A stretch of DNA of 64,000 nucleotides from an uncultured Holophaga sp. (GTDB lineage Bacteria > Acidobacteriota > Holophagae > Holophagales > Holophagaceae): NCBI GenBank assembly GCA_963664825.1, contig OY761614.1:1888001-1952000 (forward strand). The letters run 5' to 3'. The notes under the pieces are model-generated. The model made no database searches. It was given only the letters and a program-made list of their open reading frames with translations, and was not told where the DNA came from. Of the stretch, positions 58,339-64,000 are shown piece after piece. Positions within the stretch are counted from its first letter, which is position 1. Every line of letters starts with the position of its first letter. Position numbers and translations under genes: made by a program.

Positions 58339-58363
58339 GGACCCGATTTTACAGGGAAATCAG

Positions 58364-58449
58364 GCGGGGTGGCCAGGCTTTGCCTGGACACCCCGCGGGG
58401 GTCAAAGGGGGGACATCGCGACCGGAGGGAACAGGCGGTCCCCCCTTTC
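58364..58449 (+). repeat. Structured repeat family G, copy 3 (just past the rlmN stop)
   Basis: GCGGGGTG..CACCCCGC hairpin, GGGGGTCAAAGGGGGGACA..GCGGTCCCCCCTTT. Confidence 0.85.
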
Positions 58450-58452
58450 TGG

Positions 58453-59538
58453 TTAGACCCGGCGCGATTCTTCACGTATCAACTGTCCGCAGGCCCCTTG
58501 CACGTCCCGGCCCCGGCTCTTGCGCACGGTCACGAAGCAGCCCCGGGCCTTCAGCCGGGCCACGAAGGCATTCAGATTGGCCTCCTGGGAACCCTGGCAG
58601 GGAGAGGCGGCGTGTTCATTGAGGCCGATGAGGTTGAGATTGTGGCGCTCCCGCAGGGGGCCCAGCCAGTCCGCAAGGCGGTCTGCGTCCTCCAGGCTGT
58701 CGTTGCCCGTCATGAGGACGTACTCGAAGGTGAGCCTCTCCTTGGCCCCCAGGGGCCATTCCTCCAGGGCCTGGCGCAACCGGGCCAGGTTCCAGGCCCG
58801 GTTGACGGGCATGATGGCGCTCCGGGCCTCGTCGGTGGTGGCGTTGAGGGAGATGGCCAGCCAGGGGCGGGGACTCATCTGGGCCAGCCTCTGGATGCCG
58901 GGGACCAGGCCCGAGGTCGAGACGGTGATCCGCTTGGTGCTGATATTCAGGCCCTGGGGGTGGTTGAAGACCCGGATGGCTCGGTGCACATGCTCCAGGT
59001 TGTGGAGGGGTTCGCCCATGCCCATGAAGACCAGGGTGATCTGGTGGGGTTTCTCGGGGCCCAGCTCCTTCAGGAGCGTCAGCACCTGGCCTGTGATCTC
59101 CCCGGCCGTGAGGTTGCGTCGGATGCCCATGGAGCCCGTGGCGCAGAAGGCGCATCCCATGGCGCAGCCCACCTGGCTGCTGATGCAGAGGGTGACCCTG
59201 GGATTGCGCACGGCCCGGGGCATGTGCACGGCCTCGATGCGCTGACCGTCCGCGAGGCCCAGGACCACCTTGGTGCTGCCGTCCTCTGATGCATGGCGCT
59301 CCAGGATCGCCGGCAGGGTCCCATCCAGGCGGGCCGCCATCCATTCCCGGATCTCCTTGCTCAGGCGGGGGCGCTCCTCCACCCAGACCCAGGGGTGCTG
59401 GCACTGGGTGAAGATGTGATCGGGCCTCCCCGGTGCCCCCAAGGCCTCGAAGTCCTCCGGGAGGAGGGCGAAGGCTGAAGGCAGTCCCTGTCGTTCGGGA
59501 GCGGGGCGATCCCAGGCGTGGTGCGCGATCTCTACCAT
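58453..59538 (-). CDS. rlmN: 23S rRNA m2A2503 / tRNA radical-SAM methyltransferase
   Basis: TLCISSQVGCAMGCAFCATG, FMGMGEPL, STSG, SRG.DV.GACGQL. Confidence 0.96.
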   Translation of the reverse strand: MVEIAHHAWDRPAPERQGLPSAFALLPEDFEALGAPGRPDHIFTQCQHPWVWVEERPRLSKEIREWMAARLDGTLPAILERHASEDGSTKVVLGLADGQRIEAVHMPRAVRNPRVTLCISSQVGCAMGCAFCATGSMGIRRNLTAGEITGQVLTLLKELGPEKPHQITLVFMGMGEPLHNLEHVHRAIRVFNHPQGLNISTKRITVSTSGLVPGIQRLAQMSPRPWLAISLNATTDEARSAIMPVNRAWNLARLRQALEEWPLGAKERLTFEYVLMTGNDSLEDADRLADWLGPLRERHNLNLIGLNEHAASPCQGSQEANLNAFVARLKARGCFVTVRKSRGRDVQGACGQLIREESRRV

Positions 59539-59584
59539 GCCTCCATGGTACAGGGCCCTGGGTGGGAAACGGGTCCCCCATTTG

Positions 59585-59684
59585 GAACGCGAAGGCCGCG
59601 AAGGGGGCTAAGCGCGCGAAGAACTGAGGCCTTTGCCCGAAGTCCCATTCGCGCCCTTCGCTTCCTTGGCGCTCTTCGCGTTCT
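59585..59684. repeat. Periodic palindromic repeat (CGCGAAG type)
   Basis: GAACGCGAAGGCCGCGAAG.. / ..TTCGCGCCCTTCGC..CTTCGCGTTC, abutting the FKBP stop. Confidence 0.7.
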
Positions 59685-60155
59685 TCAGTTGCCCTTGGGG
59701 GCTGTGGCCTCACCCTTGAGGCTCACCACTTCCACCTCGAAGAGGAGGGTGGCTCCCGGGGGAATGACGCCGCCGGCGCCCTTATCGCCATAGGCCAGTT
59801 CGGGGGGGATGATCAGCACGCGTTTGGCGCCCTTCTTCATGCCAAGCACGCCTTCATCCCAGCCCTTGATGACCTGACCTGCGCCCAGCACGAATTCGAA
59901 GGGCTTCCGGCGGTTCAGGTTGGAATCGAAGAGTTTCCCCTGGCGGCCCTTGGCTGTGTCGTAGATCCAGCCCCGGTAGAGCATGCCGGGAGTCTGCCCC
60001 TGGGCGGCGCCCTTGCCGCTGCCCGGCTTGATCTCCGCGATCTGCAGGCCGCTGGCCGTCTTGGTGAAGGTGCCTGAGAGCTTGTGGTCCGCGAAGAGGG
60101 GCGCGGCCAAGAGGACCAGGGCCAGGGCGCCGAATAGCCATCGGGAAAGACGCAT
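59685..60155 (-). CDS. FKBP-type peptidyl-prolyl isomerase, exported
   Basis: Signal peptide, YRGW, FDS, QVIKGWDEG, IPPELAYG, IPP.ATLLFEVE. Confidence 0.96.
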   Translation of the reverse strand: MRLSRWLFGALALVLLAAPLFADHKLSGTFTKTASGLQIAEIKPGSGKGAAQGQTPGMLYRGWIYDTAKGRQGKLFDSNLNRRKPFEFVLGAGQVIKGWDEGVLGMKKGAKRVLIIPPELAYGDKGAGGVIPPGATLLFEVEVVSLKGEATAPKGN

Positions 60156-60233
60156 GGAAACCTCACGAAGAATGGAAAATAGGTTCTAAACCGTTGTCAC
60201 GAATGAATCTTACTATCCCAGCGGCAAAGGGAG

Positions 60234-61505
60234 CTACCCGGCCAGATCCTGCTGGCGGATCTCGCCGTGCTTCCGCGTGCCCAGGGCCGAGACCGCCATC
60301 TGCTCCGGGCGCAGCACCTCCCGGGCCACCCGGTTGAGGGTATCCAGGTCCACGGCCTCGATCTCCTGGATCTGGCTATCGAGATCGAGGATGGCATCCA
60401 TGTGGATGGCCTGATGGGCCAGGGAGAACATCCGGGCGCTGGTGGATTCCTGGCTGAAGACTAGGCTCGTGCGGGCCTGGAGCTTAGCGCGCCCCAGTTC
60501 TTCCAGCGTGGCGCCCTGGGCTGCCAGGCGCACGCATTCGGCGGCGCCCCGCTGCACCAGTTCCCGGGCCTTGTCGGAGGCGCAGCTGGCGCTGATCTGC
60601 AGGGCGCCTCCCTCCCGGTAGTGGCTGAGGTAGCTGCCGATCTGGTAGCAGAGGGCGTGCCTCTCCCGGAGTTCCATGAAGAGCCGGGAGGACATGCCGC
60701 CCCCCAGCACATGGCTCAGGAGGTTCACCGCCACGCGATCCGGGTGGCGGTGGTTGGGGGCGGGAAATCCCAGGATGAGGCTGGCCTGCTGGAGATCCTT
60801 CCGGGGGGTATTGAGGATGAAGGGATGGGGGGCGTCCGTGGAGGGGTCCTCCCCGGGGGCGCCATCGGGCAGGCGGTCCAGGACGGGGCGCAGCATTTCG
60901 AGAAAAGCCTGCGGTTCGATATCGCCCGCGGCCGCGATGAGCAGATTGGGCGCCCGGTAGGTCTTTCGGAAGAAGGCCCGCGCCTCTTCCACGCCATAGC
61001 CTGCGACCTGCTGGGGGCGGCCCAGGATGGGGTGGGCCAGGGCGCCGCCCTTCCAAAAATTCAGGTAGAAGAGCTCATTGACCCAGTCATCCGGCTGGTC
61101 TTCGCTCTGGGAGATCTCCTCCAGGATCACCTTGCGTTCCCGCACCAGCTCTTCGGCATCGAAGCGGGGCGTCGTGACGAGGTCCCCCAGCAGCGCGACC
61201 ATCTCCGGCAACTGTTCCCGCAGCGCCTTCCCATAGAAACAGGCCGTTTCCTTGCCCGTGAAGGCGTCCACGTTCCCGCCCAGGGCGTCCGTGGCCGCGC
61301 TCATGCTCACGGGGTCCGGGAAGCGCTCCGTGCCCTTGAAGACCGTGTGCTCGATGAAATGGGCCAGGCCCTCTTCGGCCGCGGTCTCGTGGATGCTGCC
61401 CCGTTTCACCCAGAATCCCACCGAGCAGCTCCGCACATGGGAGAGGGGTTCGATCAGGATCTCGGTGCCCGTGGGCGTTTGGGTGCGGAAGGTGGATTCG
61501 GCCAT
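60234..61505 (-). CDS. M16 family zinc peptidase
   Basis: GLAHFIEH..FKGT (HxxEH), AFTGKE, ER.VILEE, LGGGMSSRLF.ELRE. Confidence 0.95.
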   Translation of the reverse strand: MAESTFRTQTPTGTEILIEPLSHVRSCSVGFWVKRGSIHETAAEEGLAHFIEHTVFKGTERFPDPVSMSAATDALGGNVDAFTGKETACFYGKALREQLPEMVALLGDLVTTPRFDAEELVRERKVILEEISQSEDQPDDWVNELFYLNFWKGGALAHPILGRPQQVAGYGVEEARAFFRKTYRAPNLLIAAAGDIEPQAFLEMLRPVLDRLPDGAPGEDPSTDAPHPFILNTPRKDLQQASLILGFPAPNHRHPDRVAVNLLSHVLGGGMSSRLFMELRERHALCYQIGSYLSHYREGGALQISASCASDKARELVQRGAAECVRLAAQGATLEELGRAKLQARTSLVFSQESTSARMFSLAHQAIHMDAILDLDSQIQEIEAVDLDTLNRVAREVLRPEQMAVSALGTRKHGEIRQQDLAG

Positions 61506-61524
61506 GGGACCAGTGTAAGGCTCT

Positions 61525-62304
61525 TCACCCTTCGGCTTCGGTTCCAGCCAGCCCGATAGCCGCAGTCTGGAGTCTCCAGCCGCTGGCGGCCCAGCAGAGG
61601 AGGCCGAAGACGACGAACACGAGGATGGCCAGGTGCCAAGGTGTGCTGATCTGCTCCTGGGCGAGAAGCTGGGAGGTGCCCACAGAGCTGCCCCGGCTGC
61701 CGGCGATGCTTTCGATGTAGTGCTGGAAGGTGATGCGCTGGAGGTTGCCGGGGAAGATGCGCACCAGGGGATCGAAGATCAAGAGATAGAGCGCCCCCCA
61801 GAGGGTGCCCCGCTTGAAGACTAGGCCCAGGAAGGTCATGAAGGCCAGTTCGGCCCAATAAGCGGCCAGTAGGGCCGCGGCCATGAGGGGCAGGCTGGCG
61901 AACTCGGCCCCCAGGCCCCCCAGGCCCGCGATGGCCACCAGGATCCAGAGGGCCCCCCAGGCGTACCAGAGCAGGCCCTTGCCGAAGGGCAGGGCCCAGG
62001 CCTGGGCCGGACGGGTGAGCACCAGGGGCAGTGTGCGCTGCTCTAAATCTTCCCGGATACCCGCCGGGGCGGCCACCAGCACGAGGATGGGCAGGGCCAG
62101 GTGGGCGAGGACCTTATGGAAGACCATGAGAACCTCCGCCGATCCGAAATTCAGATGCTGCATGCGGAGGAGGGTGGCCAGCCCGTAGCTGAGGAAGACC
62201 GGCAGCAGGAGGACGAGGGCGCAGGCCCAGCCGCGGGCCTGGAGGACGCGAGGGAAGTAGCCCCGGAAAAGGGCCGAGATGGTGCGGGCAGGAGTGGGCA
62301 TCAT
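61525..62304 (-). CDS. ABC-2-type permease
   Basis: About 6 TM segments, EDLEQRTL..VLTRP...GK. Confidence 0.8.
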   Translation of the reverse strand: MMPTPARTISALFRGYFPRVLQARGWACALVLLLPVFLSYGLATLLRMQHLNFGSAEVLMVFHKVLAHLALPILVLVAAPAGIREDLEQRTLPLVLTRPAQAWALPFGKGLLWYAWGALWILVAIAGLGGLGAEFASLPLMAAALLAAYWAELAFMTFLGLVFKRGTLWGALYLLIFDPLVRIFPGNLQRITFQHYIESIAGSRGSSVGTSQLLAQEQISTPWHLAILVFVVFGLLCWAASGWRLQTAAIGLAGTEAEG

Positions 62305-63329
62305 GCGTGATCCTTGGTGAGGAACTGGAACACGGCCTCCAGATTGAGATCCAGGGGATCGAGAGAACGGAGGGGCAGGGCGCCCTCCAGCACCGCCGCC
62401 TGGAGCTTGGGCAGGAAGGAGCGGGGATTGCGCACGGCCAGCACGGCGCCCCCCTCCTCCATGCGCAGGGCCACCAGTTCCTCCTGCTCCACGGCCCAGC
62501 GGGCCACGGCCTGGGAGGATTCGGCACCGATGCGCAGTTCCACGGGATGGCGGTCCAGCAGTGCGCGGATCTCGGGGACGCTGCCCTCCGCCAGGAGCCT
62601 GCCCCGGAAGAGGAGCAGGATGCGGTCCGTGAGGTGGGCCACTTCACCCAGGATGTGGCTGGAGACCAGGATGCGGCGGCCCTTGGCGGCCAGGCCCCGG
62701 AGCACCTCCATCAGCAGGAGGCGCGCCTCGGGGTCCATGCCATTGAAGGGCTCGTCCAGCAGGAGGAATTCGGGATCGTGCAGCAGGGCCTGGGCCAGGC
62801 GCATGCGCTGACGCATGCCCTTGGACATTTCATGGAAAGGTTTGGCACCGTTCTGCGCCATGCCCACCGTGGCCAGGGCCCGGTCCATGGCGGCCCGGAG
62901 CTCGGCCCCCTCGAGGCCGGAGAGTTCCCCCATCATCCTCAGCCACGGAATGCCTCGCAGGCCCGCGGGGAAGCGGTCCCCCTCGGGCACGAAGCCTAGG
63001 CGCGAGAGCACCCTTGGGTTGCGGAAGGGCGCCTCGCCAAAGATCCGCACCTCGCCGCCGGAGGGGGGCAGCAGGCCCGCCAGGAGTTGGATGAGGGTGG
63101 ATTTCCCGGCCCCATTGGGCCCCAACAGACCCGTGATGCCGCCCCCTGCGGGCAGTTCGAAGGAGGTGGGGGAAAGGCCGAGGATATCGCCGTAGCGCAG
63201 GGACGCGCGCTGGAGGGAGACGGACGGGGTGTTCGGGCTTGACCCGATCTCCCCGTGGGGGGACACGGGGGGGACATCGCAAGCGGAGCGAGCAGGCGGT
63301 CCCCCCCGTTTCATGGCGGTGGCGCTCAT
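62301..63329 (-). CDS. ABC transporter ATP-binding protein with repeat-derived N-terminus
   Basis: GPNGAGKST, MSKGMRQR, LLLDEP, SSH; ATGA overlap with the upstream permease stop. Confidence 0.93.
   Translation of the reverse strand: MSATAMKRGGPPARSACDVPPVSPHGEIGSSPNTPSVSLQRASLRYGDILGLSPTSFELPAGGGITGLLGPNGAGKSTLIQLLAGLLPPSGGEVRIFGEAPFRNPRVLSRLGFVPEGDRFPAGLRGIPWLRMMGELSGLEGAELRAAMDRALATVGMAQNGAKPFHEMSKGMRQRMRLAQALLHDPEFLLLDEPFNGMDPEARLLLMEVLRGLAAKGRRILVSSHILGEVAHLTDRILLLFRGRLLAEGSVPEIRALLDRHPVELRIGAESSQAVARWAVEQEELVALRMEEGGAVLAVRNPRSFLPKLQAAVLEGALPLRSLDPLDLNLEAVFQFLTKDHA
63224..63312 (+). repeat. Structured repeat family G, copy 4 (inside the ABC ATPase CDS, antisense)
   Basis: ACGGGG..CCCCGT hairpin, GGGGGGACACGGGGGGGACA..GCGGTCCCCCCCGT. 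Confidence 0.8.
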
Positions 63330-64000
63330 ATTATGGCCTCCGAGGGCTGAGTGCGCCGGGCGGCGACCCAGGTCCAGAGGGTGATGTGGGCAACCGTGCC
63401 GAGGATCGTGGGAAGCCATCCCAACCGGGGTTCCGCCACGCGGCAGAGGAGATCGGGCCAGGCCCCGGCGAGAGCCTGGGGGCTCAGGGCCATCCAGGTG
63501 GGTTGGTGGAGCAGGCCGCTGAGGAGCTCACCCAGGGCGAAGGTGCCCAGATAGATGCCCAGCACCCAGCCGAAGCCCGCCTTGGGGCTCGAGGCGAGAC
63601 TGGAGGCGCCGAGGGTGACGGCCCCCATGAGCAGGGCCATGAGCAGGGCCGCGGGCATCAGGTAGAGGGGCGCCCAGGGGGAAACGGGGCCACCGGGGCC
63701 CGCGATGAGCAGCGACAGGCCCCAGGGCAGGAAGACGAAGGGCAGGAGGATCAGGAAGGGCAGACCCACCGCGAAGAGCCCCTTGGCCGCCAGGTAGTCC
63801 CGGGGGCGCACGGGATGGGCGTAGAGCAGGGGCCGGATGCGATAGAGGGTGTCCCGGGCCACCAGGCCGCCGCCCACCAGGGCCACCTGGAACCAGAGGA
63901 GGCTCGTGAGCCAGCCTCCCATGGTGAGGAGTCCGGCGTGGAACTCGGGGCCCTGGGTGAAGACCTGGCCGGCGAAATCCTTGAGGCCCCGCAGGGCCGC
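63326..64000 (-). CDS. ABC-2-type permease (5' truncated by window)
   Basis: Frame open to the window edge; LVARD..LLYAHPV...YLAAK, multi-TM. Confidence 0.8.
   Translation of the reverse strand, partial: AALRGLKDFAGQVFTQGPEFHAGLLTMGGWLTSLLWFQVALVGGGLVARDTLYRIRPLLYAHPVRPRDYLAAKGLFAVGLPFLILLPFVFLPWGLSLLIAGPGGPVSPWAPLYLMPAALLMALLMGAVTLGASSLASSPKAGFGWVLGIYLGTFALGELLSGLLHQPTWMALSPQALAGAWPDLLCRVAEPRLGWLPTILGTVAHITLWTWVAARRTQPSEAII

Overview
GC-rich bacterial chromosome segment. The gene repertoire suggests Acidobacteriota, class Holophagae (Holophaga/Geothrix-like); this is an inference, not a search result. Core genes include prmA, murI, uvrA, ribF, tRNA-Phe, rplU-rpmA-obgE-nadD-rsfS-gdhA and rlmN. 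Other content: a fliW(tandem domain)-csrA-yjfB module, a BlaI/M56/tricorn cluster behind a triple-palindrome operator, an intact ISL3 with an 8-bp target duplication, and a ~20-kb Wzx/Wzy polysaccharide locus with AT-rich segments and a Uma2 + DUF433/DUF5615 insertion inside the rml genes. The most unusual signals are non-genic. (1) A structured repeat with covarying stems and a GGGGGTCAAAGGGGGGACA...GCGGTCCCCCCTTT core occurs 4 times, twice translated in frame inside proteins. (2) A 74-nt ATGA-to-RTGA cassette encodes a 25-aa mini-ORF and puts the next gene's SD in a covarying hairpin (rsmE, rmlA). (3) A family of ~9-nt-periodic palindromes sits at gene junctions, and one copy is duplicated together with the 3' end of its neighbouring gene. 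There is also a recurring TANNNT-N6/7-ATG leaderless signature that reveals an unannotated 44-aa ORF, and a type-I-topology receptor Ser/Thr kinase next to an outer-membrane barrel gene.
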